From a virus: a DNA stretch of 54,879 nt. The number at the start of each line of letters is the position of its first letter. Within the stretch, counting starts at the first letter, position 1. Below, piece after piece: positions 18,482 to 28,961 of this stretch. The DNA is taken from the IMG/VR virus record IMGVR_UViG_3300045988_121535. One strand, written 5' to 3'. The position numbers were made by a program, and so were the translations under genes. Below the pieces are notes generated by a model. The model searched no databases. It saw only the letters and a program-made list of their open reading frames with translations, and had not been told where the DNA came from.

Positions 18482-18916
18482 TTATGCTTCTACCTTTTCC
18501 CATCCGCTAGGGTATTCTGTCGGGCTCCATGTATTATTATCGATAAGAGAACGATACACCGCGCCATCCTCCGTGCAGCAATTTCCCTTCATGTAAGGGG
18601 ACGTTGCGAGCGCGATAAACGGCTTCGCCTTTTCGGGGTTGTCACTCCATACGAACCCCCACTGTGCAGGCAGTTCCTCTGGCTCAGCGGTATAAATACT
18701 GCTGTCATAGACCTGTAACAGCTTTACCACGCGCTCTGCGGTACTCTTACAGATAAACCCGACAGGGCGATTGAGCATATTTTCTTTTTCTTTCGCTGTC
18801 TGAAAATCAGGAATAAACCTGTCCTCAGCGTTTAATTCCGTTCCTGTCATAGTGTCCGCTTTCTCCTGCACCGCCTGCGCCGCCAGCTTCGCCATGTGCT
18901 TAATCGTTTCCATCAT
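18482..18916 (-). CDS. hypothetical late protein
   Basis: 144-aa ORF in the late operon. Confidence 0.45.
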   Translation of the reverse strand: MMETIKHMAKLAAQAVQEKADTMTGTELNAEDRFIPDFQTAKEKENMLNRPVGFICKSTAERVVKLLQVYDSSIYTAEPEELPAQWGFVWSDNPEKAKPFIALATSPYMKGNCCTEDGAVYRSLIDNNTWSPTEYPSGWEKVEA

Positions 18917-19233
18917 ACCTCATTCACCCCTTCACTGATTGCCGCATTTAATTTCTCTATTGTCACGCTGTCCGCAGTAAGGGCGTTTAACTGCTCCTCA
19001 ATGCGGTCAAGCTGGGTTGGTTGTGGTTCTGGCATGGGTTCTGGTTCGGGTGGTGTGTATTCCGAAAACGTACCTGTTTCTGGGTCATAAATCATGCCAA
19101 GCGTAACTGTATCGTCACAAGGAATGGCAGTCACAGGATTGCCCGATGGGTCAGGTGGATAGTAGGGTTCTGTTTCCCTGTCTTTCAGAACGCCAATCAC
19201 TCTGTTTTGTAAAATCATTGCATAAGTTTTCAT
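18913..19233 (-). CDS. small tail-fibre-associated protein (Pro/Glu-rich)
   Basis: YTPPEPEPMPEPQPTQLDRIEEQL; position next to the fibre genes. Confidence 0.4.
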   Translation of the reverse strand: MKTYAMILQNRVIGVLKDRETEPYYPPDPSGNPVTAIPCDDTVTLGMIYDPETGTFSEYTPPEPEPMPEPQPTQLDRIEEQLNALTADSVTIEKLNAAISEGVNEV

Positions 19234-19242
19234 ATTCTCACC

Positions 19243-19950
19243 TCACCATTCGATAATAACAATGCCGTCTCCGCCGTTTCGCACTTTTTCTTGCTCAGGT
19301 TCGCCATATGGTGTATACGCACCTCCGCCACCATAACCAGCTGGTATACCGTAACAATCGGTGTAACTAAGATTACCGGGAACTGCACCATCACCCAATG
19401 AACCGCCACCTCCGCCATGATTATTCTCTGATAACGCGTTTGTATGCCCGCCTTTTCCAATAAGTCCATCCGAGCCAAAAGAACCCGCAGATGCTACGCC
19501 ACCCCATCCGCCTATACCTCCGCCATCTACATGTGTACGAGAAGGAACACTAGCATATGGAGTACTGCCACGTGCACCGCCGGGTAGCGTTACAAGGTTA
19601 CCCACAACAGTAGAATTACCCGCTACACCTCCTGTTGTGCTTTCATAAATACCTCCCCTGCCAATTGTAATTGGAATTTTTTGTCCAGGAGTTACCTTAA
19701 ATGCTTTTTTGAAAATACAAGCACCGCCCTGACCGCCCGCAGCTGCGTTTGAACTGCTACCTCGATTGCAACTTGCACCGCCGCCGCAAGCAGTAATCCA
19801 AATCTTTGTCACACCAACAGGAACAGTAAATGTACCATCCTCGGTAAAGGTCTGCGTACCATGCGCCTGTATCATCTTATCCAAAGATAAAAAATCGCTT
19901 GTTCCCAACGTGCTATTTAATGCGTACTTTACCGCCGCCCAAATTCCCAT
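19243..19950 (-). CDS. tail fibre protein with glycine-rich domain
   Basis: ATG 19950 with AAGGAGGG RBS; ITACGGGAS..., multiple GGxGG runs. Confidence 0.6.
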   Translation of the reverse strand: MGIWAAVKYALNSTLGTSDFLSLDKMIQAHGTQTFTEDGTFTVPVGVTKIWITACGGGASCNRGSSSNAAAGGQGGACIFKKAFKVTPGQKIPITIGRGGIYESTTGGVAGNSTVVGNLVTLPGGARGSTPYASVPSRTHVDGGGIGGWGGVASAGSFGSDGLIGKGGHTNALSENNHGGGGGSLGDGAVPGNLSYTDCYGIPAGYGGGGAYTPYGEPEQEKVRNGGDGIVIIEW

Positions 19951-19963
19951 AATTTTTCCCTCC

Positions 19964-20323
19964 TTATGCTGTGAAATTGATAGGGTCTCCCGAAATCGAA
20001 CCATCTGGATTGAATTTTGTCTTTATTCCGATTTTCAGTCCGTCCTTATTTGTAAAAGTTTCGTCAATCGTTCCGTCTGAATTGAAAACGGTGTCCAGCG
20101 GTTCATTCAGTGCATTTGTTTCGGTAATAGAGCCGTCATCGTTAAAAGCAACATGAAACGCCTCAAACCCCTGCAACGCCATAAACGCCGCCCGATTCAG
20201 CGGTGTGCCGACAACAGTTGGGTTATCAGCCATTTCAACCGTTACATATTCACTTGTTCCGTCTGCATGCGTGATTTTTCTCCGCCCTGCCTGTGTTGGG
20301 ATTCTATCTAAAAAATCCTTCAT
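19964..20323 (-). CDS. tail fibre/baseplate small protein
   Basis: N-terminal MKDFLDRIPTQAGRRKITHADGT, typical of Firmicutes prophage fibre genes. Confidence 0.45.
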   Translation of the reverse strand: MKDFLDRIPTQAGRRKITHADGTSEYVTVEMADNPTVVGTPLNRAAFMALQGFEAFHVAFNDDGSITETNALNEPLDTVFNSDGTIDETFTNKDGLKIGIKTKFNPDGSISGDPINFTA

Positions 20324-20793
20324 AGCAACCGTTCACCTCCGCTATTTATCGTTCCGCAGGGGATATATTCCTGCTTCATGTTTTCTGTCATTTCCTTTCC
20401 GACTGCGGCAACTCGTTCCCAATCATTTACTTCCTGCCAATCCAGGTAATCACTTTCCGCAAATACAGGTAACCCCAAGCCAACCAAAAACAACCGCACC
20501 AGAGCGGTATAATTCGCTCGAATACGGTTGATTTCAGATAGCCAAGGTATGTTTTCTTCCTGCCAATCGGTGTACGTTTTGCCGTTAAATTCTTTGTAGT
20601 CCCTGTATGAACGAGGAAGATAATAGCCGCTACTTTTGAGCCATTTCATCAATTCCTTATGATTTCCCTCAATGCGGTTCAAGTCTTGGTAGTTTAATGC
20701 ACCTTTGTTGTTTTCTGCATTTCCTTGATTTATTCTTGCACTCTCGGTATCCTCAACGATTCTGTCAAAGACAGGTGTTATCCAAGCCATCAT
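20320..20793 (-). CDS. tail-associated protein
   Basis: ATG overlaps the upstream TGA (ATGA); Trp/Tyr-rich. Confidence 0.4.
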   Translation of the reverse strand: MMAWITPVFDRIVEDTESARINQGNAENNKGALNYQDLNRIEGNHKELMKWLKSSGYYLPRSYRDYKEFNGKTYTDWQEENIPWLSEINRIRANYTALVRLFLVGLGLPVFAESDYLDWQEVNDWERVAAVGKEMTENMKQEYIPCGTINSGGERLL

Positions 20794-22568
20794 CCACCAC
20801 CCCCAATAATATATTGGCACTCGCCCTTAATTGAGCCATTATAGGACAATTTCTGCTGAACCATAGTGACAGGCGTTTGGTTCGCAAAGTTGCTTGTAAG
20901 GCTTACTGTGTCCCCAACATCCAACTCTGGATAGCCCCTGTCCTGTGCGGTGTAAGTGTTCCTGCGTAGCGTTACCGCCGCCACCCAGTTTGCGTATGCA
21001 ACAGCGTCATCCCTATTGTCAATCAGAGAGTTGCTCACTCCGCTCAAATCCTCGCCCACATCACTGTATTTCGCCTTGTATTCGATTTTGTTTTCGGTTA
21101 GGCTATTTCCGTTGACCGTTACCGTACCGTTCCCCTTAAGCGTTACTACGGTTTTGTAGGCATAGTATTTCGGCGTGCCGACAATAGACAAGCCGCCGCT
21201 TACTTCCACCTTCTGATTTGTAAAGGCTTGGTGAGTAAAGGTATACTCATGTGCGGTAGGGGCTGATATTTCAACAGCATTGACCGCCGCCGTCAATTCG
21301 GGATTTACCTTGATGGAGTTATACTCGACTGATAGGTTGCGAAGTGGCGGTATCTTTGTTGTTGTTGGCGTATCCGTCATTTTGTCGAAGTTCATTTCAA
21401 ACCCAGTTGTTTCCGCGTTTTCTCTAAGGATTTGAATATAGCCGCCTCTACTGTGGCTCATAATGCAACGCCCTGCATTTGCTATCAGCTGCAAGCACTC
21501 ATTCACTTTGGAGGAGGGCAGGGGATTATGCGTATAAATATTCTTCAATGCGTTATCAAGCTGAATTGTATTTTCAAATCCCGCAAACCTCATAACATCG
21601 GTTGCAAGGTCAAACAAACTGCGACCAGAAGGGGAATAAACGCCCTCATCATAGGTCATTGTCAAATGGTCTGCCAAACCTACGCACTTTATGCTGACCT
21701 CTGCAACAATACCTTGCTTGGATACTTCAAAGTCACCAGAGGAATAGGACAGTCCCCAAGGTATCCACTCAACAGAGCCGTCAGACAATTCATAGCCGTA
21801 CTGGTAATTGACAGGCTGTCTGCTTTCCAGATATTCCCATAAGCCCGATGGGTTTTCGGGGTCATATCTTCTTTGCGTATCAATCAGCGTAAATTCAAAT
21901 TCCTGTTTTGGAATCTTGGACGAAAGCAAGTCAATCTCCTTTGTAGAAGAACAACTTGCAATATCATCCGAGCCTAATCGGCTAACAAGACCGTATGTCA
22001 AGGAAAGTAACCTCGCCCTGCGGTGCGGTATATTTGAGTTCAGCCAATAGAAGGACAGTTCATTGCATAACGGGATTTGGTCTGTCATTTCCCAATATGT
22101 AGTATCAGGCGAGTAGGTTTTATCGAATACAGATACAGAATCTTTCTTTGCCAGAATCCGAAAGCTGTTCGGGTAATCACCCATGCTGTCATCAAACTGG
22201 AAGGTCAAACCGGGAAACTGCACATAATCGCCGAATGAAATTTTCACAAGCGGCTTTGTAGTGTATGCCCCTGCATCACCGCTGATTGTCAATCCTGCAT
22301 ATCCCTGATAGATGGGGTTGCTCTCCGGCGGCAGAGGGTTCTTTCCGTCCAGAATAAATCTGTTTCGCTCCAGCGTCTGATAGGTGGATGGGGCGGTTGT
22401 GCCGACATCCACGCTGTCAACATCGCTGTACGGCAAATGACCGTTATCTGTTTGTGTACTCAAGCCGGGTGCGTCTGGGTCTGTCACGCCAAATACAATT
22501 CTCACATAAGAAGGATTGCGGAGCGTTTGCTCTGTTTCCTCTTTCCATTTTGCTGTTACCGGATACAT
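20790..22568 (-). CDS. tail tip/baseplate protein (Tal-like minor structural protein)
   Basis: 592 aa, downstream of the TMP and a small tail component. Confidence 0.5.
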   Translation of the reverse strand: MYPVTAKWKEETEQTLRNPSYVRIVFGVTDPDAPGLSTQTDNGHLPYSDVDSVDVGTTAPSTYQTLERNRFILDGKNPLPPESNPIYQGYAGLTISGDAGAYTTKPLVKISFGDYVQFPGLTFQFDDSMGDYPNSFRILAKKDSVSVFDKTYSPDTTYWEMTDQIPLCNELSFYWLNSNIPHRRARLLSLTYGLVSRLGSDDIASCSSTKEIDLLSSKIPKQEFEFTLIDTQRRYDPENPSGLWEYLESRQPVNYQYGYELSDGSVEWIPWGLSYSSGDFEVSKQGIVAEVSIKCVGLADHLTMTYDEGVYSPSGRSLFDLATDVMRFAGFENTIQLDNALKNIYTHNPLPSSKVNECLQLIANAGRCIMSHSRGGYIQILRENAETTGFEMNFDKMTDTPTTTKIPPLRNLSVEYNSIKVNPELTAAVNAVEISAPTAHEYTFTHQAFTNQKVEVSGGLSIVGTPKYYAYKTVVTLKGNGTVTVNGNSLTENKIEYKAKYSDVGEDLSGVSNSLIDNRDDAVAYANWVAAVTLRRNTYTAQDRGYPELDVGDTVSLTSNFANQTPVTMVQQKLSYNGSIKGECQYIIGGGG

Positions 22569-22580
22569 AAAACCACCGCC

Positions 22581-22955
22581 TTACTTCCCTGTATCTATAA
22601 GCGAGGCTTTCAGACCTGTAAACATTTTCGGTGTGCCATTCTCGGACACCCAATATGTAGAAACGGAATAATCTCCCCAATACATTTCCCTTGTGATGAA
22701 TTTCCCTTCCTTCGGGTCATAATAGGTCACTTCGCCTATGAAAGTTTCGACCAGCTGCAAAATCTTCTGCAATTCCTTTGGATAAATAACCTTCCACTCC
22801 AATGTCAATTTCACTTGGCGGCGGTTTATCTTTTGAGCTACCACAACGCCATTTGCATTTCTGCCGCTGTCAACCAACTGTTGACCTTCGTATTCCTGCA
22901 CAGAAGGGCAGGTAATTTCTGTGCCGTTATATTTAATTACTGCCACAAAAACCAC
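22581..22955 (-). CDS. tail component (distal-tail-like small protein)
   Basis: 124 aa immediately after the TMP. Confidence 0.4.
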   Translation of the reverse strand: MVFVAVIKYNGTEITCPSVQEYEGQQLVDSGRNANGVVVAQKINRRQVKLTLEWKVIYPKELQKILQLVETFIGEVTYYDPKEGKFITREMYWGDYSVSTYWVSENGTPKMFTGLKASLIDTGK

Positions 22956-25900
22956 CTACCTTTGAAATGCACCAAGACCAAAGTTTATCCCTCGTCTTGC
23001 GGATACTTTCTGCTGATTGTTATAAATAACGTCTCCATCTAGTTCAATCTTCTGGTTCAGTTCGATTGGCTGACTGCTACCGTTCGCCATTGCCTGTGAC
23101 ATAGCCGTTAAAACAGCATTAAAAATTGCACGTTCTATCTGGTCATTGCCGCCAACGGCTGTTTTGCCGCCAATACTTCCGACCAGTTCCGGTCCTGCCT
23201 CTCTTGCAATAAACAGTTCGCCAGACCGAGGAAAACCGCCATTCGCAAACATTTCTATATTGAAACGCTGCGCCTGTTGCATGGTGTAGCCGCCGACATG
23301 ACTGTATTTCTTTCCTGTCAGTCCTGCCAGTGAGTTTGCGTCCGAAACCATCTGGTTCAGCATCCTTGTGACCTCATCAGATACTTGCTGCAAGGTCTGT
23401 CTGATAGCATCAAACGTGTTGTAAATACCGTCATAGGTCTTGTTAAGGTATTCGCTCATGCTTGTCTTGAACGTGTTCCCGAAAACCAGCGACATAGCGT
23501 TTATCTGTGTGTAGAAGTTCTGCATTTCAGATGTGATAGCGGCTTTCGTTTCGCTAAATTTTGCACGAGCAATGTCCCACACTTCGTTCCACTGTGAAAT
23601 GTCTGGTGCTTCTAAGGACACAACAGGGGTAAGACTGTCACTGCCAGAAACCTTGTTTACAACAGCGTTTATGACATTACCGACACCGCTTAAAGATTCC
23701 TCCATACCATCAACGATACCTGCGCCAATCCAAACGCCTGTTTCACGCTTAAACAATCTGGAAGGGGAGTGAATTTCAGCTTCTTTGTTTACTTTACTGA
23801 GCAATTTTTGCACAAAACCTCCGACCTTATTTCCGAAATTACTTGCACCTTCCAAAATGCCATCAAGTATAAAGCCGCCGATACTCTTAATGCTTTCTAT
23901 GGTTTTTTTCAATTCTCCCATGATTTTTTCAGGGAGTTTTCCGAACCATTCAGCAACCTTGTCCAAGATTTTTGGTATTTCTGTGTTTACCTTTTCGATT
24001 GACTTATCTTTCCAAAGAGTAATTTTCTCAAGGAATAGAATTATTTTTTCGTAAATCTTCTGTGGAAGTTGAGCGAACCAAGTGGCAACACTGGTAACGA
24101 TGTTATTTACCTTCTCACTGAATGTGTTGTATGTGCTTGTAGCCCAATTCGGCAGAGTTTCCGTAAAGAATATTGAGATTGCAGCACCAACTTTGCTTGG
24201 CATTTCAGAGAACCATTTGACAATATCACTTACAATCTGTGGTATTGTTTTTGTGAAGAAGTCTTTAATTGCAGTCCATTTTTCAGAAATAGTTGTTTTG
24301 ACAGATTCCCACAATTCAGCGGTTGAAGTTTTTACCTCATTCCATTTCTCTGGATAGTAGTTTACAATTTCATCCCATGTTGTTTTGAAGAAATTTTTAA
24401 TAGAGTTCCATACTTCAACAGCTTTCGTCTTGATGGATTCCCACGTTTCATCACTTACTCCGCCTAATGCACGCAAAGCAACAGATATTCCCTCAAAAGC
24501 TAACAACGCACCGCCGAACAACTGACCGCCAGGAATAAACAGAAGGGCAAGTCCTGCAATAGTGATTCCTAAGTCTCCGAAATCTATATCAAGCTTTCCG
24601 AGCCAATCCTTTATCATTCTGAAAAAATTTGCAAATTCTTCTTCGATTCTGGATGTATCAATTCCAATAAATTCAAGGAACGGCTTAATCAAATAATTCC
24701 ATATTCCAGAACCAATATCATAAAGAACCTTTCCAACCGCCTTGAATACATCTCCGACAACTGTCAAAATACCCTTAAATATTTCCTTCGTTCTTTCAAG
24801 ACCTTTCCTAAACGATTCTGACGTTTGGTATAGGTACACAAACCGCCCAACGATAATGCCGATAACAATAGACCATCCAAGGATTGTAGGTGCAACCTTC
24901 ATTAAATTGGATAGGATAAGCCCAACATTCGCTAAGACTGTACCAAGTCCATTCATCGCAACATTTAGTTTGCTCAATACTTGCAATTCCTGTAATTTCT
25001 TTTTCAGTTCTGCAAGTTGTTTGAACAATCCCATTGCAATTTTCCAAGCCGCCAACCCTGCCGCAATAGATGTAATCAACGGCAGCAGCTCTTTGAACCG
25101 TTTTGCTAAATCCTGTATCTTGGAATCAATCTCGACAGTTTCAAACATATCGGTAGGGAGAAGGTCTCCTGCACCGCCGCCTGCACCTCCATCCGCACCG
25201 CCGCTATCGTTCTGCTTGGTGTCTATGATGTGCAATTCATCAAATCCAAGCGTATAGTCCTGCATTTCCTTTAATGCCTTAGCCGCTTTTCCTGCGCCGC
25301 TTGCCGTATCTTTCAGGCTTTTGGCGTAGTCCATCTGCACTTTTTTAGCCTGTACCGCATACCCTTTGCCTGTAAGTGCCGCAATGAATTGCCCCAACAT
25401 ATTGATTGCCTTCGCAAGCCAACTAATGAAAGTAGCAAGGTAGGGTGCGACAACAGAAAGAATAGGCTCAAACGCCGCCGCAAATGCGTTTCTCAACTGC
25501 ATTAAAGCGGACATCATAGAGGAAATGTTTGCATTTACCGATTGACTGTACTGTGCTAAACTCTGCATACCCTCTGCAAATGCAGATTGTATGGTTGAAA
25601 TCAGCTGAAATACAGTGGAGTACAGCACAGACATACCAACCATTTTTGGAATCGAAACACCAAAACCTTTGTTATTTGAGCGTTTCCTTTGTCCTTCTCG
25701 TTGCGTTTTTTTACTCTGTTTTTCCTGCAATCCTTCTTGAATATTTGGTATTTTAGAACGTGCAAGTGCAATAGTATCTTTCAGATTAAGATTTGCTATT
25801 TTTGATTTTTGGCTTATTCTCTCCAACTGCTTTTCAAGCGGTTTCATCTGTTTGGCGTTTCCACCAGACGCTTTTAATTCTTCTATGGTTTCGGTCAGAA

Positions 25901-26630
25901 CTCTAACCGTATTTTCCATATTTTTGAATTCTCGTTCTGCCTTTTCGACTTCTGGAAACTTAATTTCACTAAGTCCGAGTTTTTCTAAGTCAACTCTAAA
26001 TCCATTGATAAGGCTTTTCGATTCCTCGATAGTTTCAGCGAACTTTCCGTTATCAATATCCAGAACGCCTGTCATGCCAAGATTTTTTGAAATCTCTTTT
26101 TCTATTCCAGAAAATCTATCTGTTTTTGCGGCGTTTTCAGAAACACGTCCCATTGCGGCGGCAAGCTGTCCTGCAACGGAAACAGCACCACTTGTTTCGC
26201 TCGTTAAATCAGACATGGATTTTGCGGCATCCTGTATCGGCTCACCGTTAATCTGCTTGCCCATGTCAAAAATAGGGATATCCTTCAAATGACTATAATC
26301 CTCAACAGGCGCAGATTCTTTTTTTGTCTTTTTTGTGAGTTGTCCGAGATTCACGCCTTTTAACGAAGAGCCGATTTCCTTTGCGCTTTTTGCGGCTTTT
26401 GAAAAGTTGTGTGCTATGATTCTTGCTTGTTTCGCAAATTCTTTTATGCCGTTAATCTCTATTTCTGGTGTTTTAATGCTCTCCAAAACAGATTTAATTT
26501 CACGAATCTGTTTTGTGGAATCTCCTGTTTTCCCAATACCCTCAATAGACTTGCTCAACTTTTTGACAGACTTTTCCGCATCGGCGGCATCCGCCACAAT
26601 CTTTATCTCAAGTTTATCTATTTCACTCAT
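22956..26630 (-). CDS. tail tape measure protein
   Basis: About 1220 aa, coiled-coil and Gly-rich, with TM-like segments; follows the G/GT chaperones. Confidence 0.9.
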   Translation of the reverse strand: MSEIDKLEIKIVADAADAEKSVKKLSKSIEGIGKTGDSTKQIREIKSVLESIKTPEIEINGIKEFAKQARIIAHNFSKAAKSAKEIGSSLKGVNLGQLTKKTKKESAPVEDYSHLKDIPIFDMGKQINGEPIQDAAKSMSDLTSETSGAVSVAGQLAAAMGRVSENAAKTDRFSGIEKEISKNLGMTGVLDIDNGKFAETIEESKSLINGFRVDLEKLGLSEIKFPEVEKAEREFKNMENTVRVLTETIEELKASGGNAKQMKPLEKQLERISQKSKIANLNLKDTIALARSKIPNIQEGLQEKQSKKTQREGQRKRSNNKGFGVSIPKMVGMSVLYSTVFQLISTIQSAFAEGMQSLAQYSQSVNANISSMMSALMQLRNAFAAAFEPILSVVAPYLATFISWLAKAINMLGQFIAALTGKGYAVQAKKVQMDYAKSLKDTASGAGKAAKALKEMQDYTLGFDELHIIDTKQNDSGGADGGAGGGAGDLLPTDMFETVEIDSKIQDLAKRFKELLPLITSIAAGLAAWKIAMGLFKQLAELKKKLQELQVLSKLNVAMNGLGTVLANVGLILSNLMKVAPTILGWSIVIGIIVGRFVYLYQTSESFRKGLERTKEIFKGILTVVGDVFKAVGKVLYDIGSGIWNYLIKPFLEFIGIDTSRIEEEFANFFRMIKDWLGKLDIDFGDLGITIAGLALLFIPGGQLFGGALLAFEGISVALRALGGVSDETWESIKTKAVEVWNSIKNFFKTTWDEIVNYYPEKWNEVKTSTAELWESVKTTISEKWTAIKDFFTKTIPQIVSDIVKWFSEMPSKVGAAISIFFTETLPNWATSTYNTFSEKVNNIVTSVATWFAQLPQKIYEKIILFLEKITLWKDKSIEKVNTEIPKILDKVAEWFGKLPEKIMGELKKTIESIKSIGGFILDGILEGASNFGNKVGGFVQKLLSKVNKEAEIHSPSRLFKRETGVWIGAGIVDGMEESLSGVGNVINAVVNKVSGSDSLTPVVSLEAPDISQWNEVWDIARAKFSETKAAITSEMQNFYTQINAMSLVFGNTFKTSMSEYLNKTYDGIYNTFDAIRQTLQQVSDEVTRMLNQMVSDANSLAGLTGKKYSHVGGYTMQQAQRFNIEMFANGGFPRSGELFIAREAGPELVGSIGGKTAVGGNDQIERAIFNAVLTAMSQAMANGSSQPIELNQKIELDGDVIYNNQQKVSARRGINFGLGAFQR

Positions 26631-26699
26631 TGTCCATTTCCACCACCTTCCCATAGCGTTAAATAGGTGGTAATAGACTTAACCATTACCACCTAAATA

Positions 26700-27146
26700 C
26701 TATTTCGGACTTTCTGGCAAACCAGATTCACGAAGTGCCATTATCCTTTTTTTCATTTCAAAAACTGCAATCTCTTCATTTGATTCAGTATTCCGTTTTT
26801 CTTCGCTAACAGAAAGGATGGGTCCTTTGATATACTCATTTTTCGCCTTATTTCCTGCCAAATTTTTCTCTACACCGACAATTACAGCAGAAAGCATATA
26901 CTGACCGTTTATCCAATTCATGTAATCTTCGTTTCTGACACGTCGGTTGTACCCCTCTGCAATCGCATACAATATCCTTGGATTCATTCTCCAAAATTCA
27001 TCCCACGAAACTCCAATAGCGTATGCCCGTGGGAACCATTCAGCAGTCAACAACTCACGAAACGATTTGTAGTTTTTTCTTATTCCGCTTCGCTCTGATT
27101 TTCCGTAGTTTCCGCTTCCGCTGTCTTGTTGGCAGCCAGAAAAAAA
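26700..27146 (-). CDS. T-portion of tail assembly chaperone, reached by -1 frameshift from the G ORF (GT fusion)
   Basis: Frame is open from the slippery T7 at 27140-27146 through the annotated 26700-27053 ORF; no independent RBS. Confidence 0.45.
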   Translation of the reverse strand, partial: FFSGCQQDSGSGNYGKSERSGIRKNYKSFRELLTAEWFPRAYAIGVSWDEFWRMNPRILYAIAEGYNRRVRNEDYMNWINGQYMLSAVIVGVEKNLAGNKAKNEYIKGPILSVSEEKRNTESNEEIAVFEMKKRIMALRESGLPESPK

Positions 27147-27409
27147 TCAGACTGTTCCATAGCGTCAGACATAGCTTCTGCCATTTCCTCAAAACTTCCT
27201 CCAGAAACAATGTGTTTCTGCATTTCTTCCCCAGCTGCATTTCTTCCAATGCCGGCACAGATACCGAAATACGCCCTCATCATAGACATAGGTTTATCCT
27301 GCATGACCTCAAGAGAAATACCTTCATCCTCCAAGTCGCAAACAAGGTTAAAATCAAATTCTTTTGCCTTATACACTTTTCTGTTAATGGTAAAGTTTTT
27401 CATTTGCAT
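27080..27409 (-). CDS. tail assembly chaperone G
   Basis: 109 aa with acidic C-terminus, directly upstream of the TMP; contains the slippery run near its 3' end. Confidence 0.6.
   Translation of the reverse strand: MQMKNFTINRKVYKAKEFDFNLVCDLEDEGISLEVMQDKPMSMMRAYFGICAGIGRNAAGEEMQKHIVSGGSFEEMAEAMSDAMEQSDFFLAANKTAEAETTENQSEAE
27140..27146 (-). other. slippery heptamer T TTT TTT for -1 programmed frameshift
   Basis: Minus-strand codons gaT TTT TTT Ctg. Confidence 0.5.
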
Positions 27410-27495
27410 ATCTCCTTTTCTCTTAATTTACTGTATTTCGGCTATGGACTTATCATAGTCAGCCATGTTAGCCGATTCCATATTCAATGACTGAC

Positions 27496-28002
27496 TTAAG
27501 ATTTTTTTGACAGTGTAATTGTAGTTGGATAGCCATTCTCATCCTCTGTTACCGCAACATCATAATCATTCTCAATCCACTTAGGAACTGTTTTCACAGC
27601 TACGGTTGCAGTTCCTGTCAAATGGTCATCTGTTGCTTCATCAGGAGCGAAAGATTCCTGACCGATAAAAGCGCAGATTCCTTCTGAACCCTTGCCATCT
27701 GTCCCATATAAGATACAAAAATCCAGTTCCTTTCCCTCGTTTGAAACCATGTCATCTTTGTATTTCTTTTCAAATGCGCCAGAAATCTCCATTGAGCCAG
27801 CCGCACGTCTTCCCATTTCCTGTGTTTCTACAAGGTCTTCCAGCGTGGATGTATCCACCATGTTCTGAGAACCAAATGGGCTTGGAATGGCTTTCGCTCT
27901 CAACAAAAGTTTATAAGTTCCTGCCCAATAAGAACCTTCTGTTTGACTTGATGTTTTTTCTCTATAAATAATTCTGGATTTCAAACCTGTTGCCATATTC
28001 AT
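27496..28002 (-). CDS. major tail protein
   Basis: 168 aa, in the position upstream of the G/GT chaperones. Confidence 0.6.
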   Translation of the reverse strand: MNMATGLKSRIIYREKTSSQTEGSYWAGTYKLLLRAKAIPSPFGSQNMVDTSTLEDLVETQEMGRRAAGSMEISGAFEKKYKDDMVSNEGKELDFCILYGTDGKGSEGICAFIGQESFAPDEATDDHLTGTATVAVKTVPKWIENDYDVAVTEDENGYPTTITLSKKS

Positions 28003-28045
28003 TCCTCCTTTTTTGCATAAAAAAATAAAGCCCTAAATGGCTTTA

Positions 28046-28456
28046 TCACGTTAAACTGTCATTTGCTCCGATTACTCTTTGGAATCTTGCGGTACTTCTG
28101 TATGTATCCCCCTCATTAAATTCTGGAAGGGCAATAACCTTGAACCGCATTTCTTTGAATACGTCTGTTACAACAGACATTATTCTGCCTACATCCGATT
28201 GGCTTGTGTTTGTGAATACATCCACTTGGAAAGTTTCCAAGGTTGCGTTTATGGAAAGTCCCTCAAGGTCTGCTCCACATTCCGCCGCCGCCATACGATG
28301 AATATAAACGGTAGGGAAGATGGCATCGCTTAACTTCTTTCCGTTGCTTGTGAAGTATATGGTCGGATATTTCGATTCCAATTTTGGTTTGGCTTTCGCC
28401 TTCACGATTGAGAACACAACCGTTCCAATATCATAAGCCCATGAATTATCACTCAA
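28046..28456 (-). CDS. tail terminator/tail completion protein
   Basis: Position between the gp10-like gene and the major tail protein. Confidence 0.45.
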   Translation of the reverse strand: MSDNSWAYDIGTVVFSIVKAKAKPKLESKYPTIYFTSNGKKLSDAIFPTVYIHRMAAAECGADLEGLSINATLETFQVDVFTNTSQSDVGRIMSVVTDVFKEMRFKVIALPEFNEGDTYRSTARFQRVIGANDSLT

Positions 28457-28953
28457 CCAAACACCTCCTTTGCAACCTTCGCAATCTTTTCTGCTAATTC
28501 TATGGAGGTTTCATACATGAATGGGCGAGAGGGCATACCTTTTGTCCAGTGCCATTCGCCGTCACGAAAATAAAACCATCCTTTTTCTCCGTGATTATTT
28601 ACGTCATACTTCCAACCAACAATGCCAATATCTGGATGCGGATTTTCCTTCCCGACAACGGCTGTACCGAATTCAATAAATTTTGCCCAAACGCATCCAG
28701 TGTACACAATCCATGTTGCACCTTTTTTAATAACTGCCCCTTGCTCATAATTGATACTGCTAAGAAGTTCTCCTGTATAAACAGCATCGTATTGAGCAAC
28801 CTTCATTTTGGCGGTCTGTACGCCGATTTGAGCGAGTTTTTTCGCAAACTCGTTACATTTATCGGTCAAACTATATGCGTAGTTCTCAACCTCTTTTACG
28901 GCGTTCTGGATGGACTTATTGGACATGATGTTGATTGATATTTTCTTAGACAT
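28453..28953 (-). CDS. HK97 gp10-family neck/tail protein
   Basis: TGELLSSI motif typical of the gp10 family. Confidence 0.6.
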   Translation of the reverse strand: MSKKISINIMSNKSIQNAVKEVENYAYSLTDKCNEFAKKLAQIGVQTAKMKVAQYDAVYTGELLSSINYEQGAVIKKGATWIVYTGCVWAKFIEFGTAVVGKENPHPDIGIVGWKYDVNNHGEKGWFYFRDGEWHWTKGMPSRPFMYETSIELAEKIAKVAKEVFG

Positions 28954-28961
28954 AGAACCAC

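Noticed and set aside
23385-26292. Series of plus-strand ORFs (70-171 aa)
   Set aside because: All lie antisense within the 1.2-kaa tape-measure gene; low-complexity translations without starts or RBSs.
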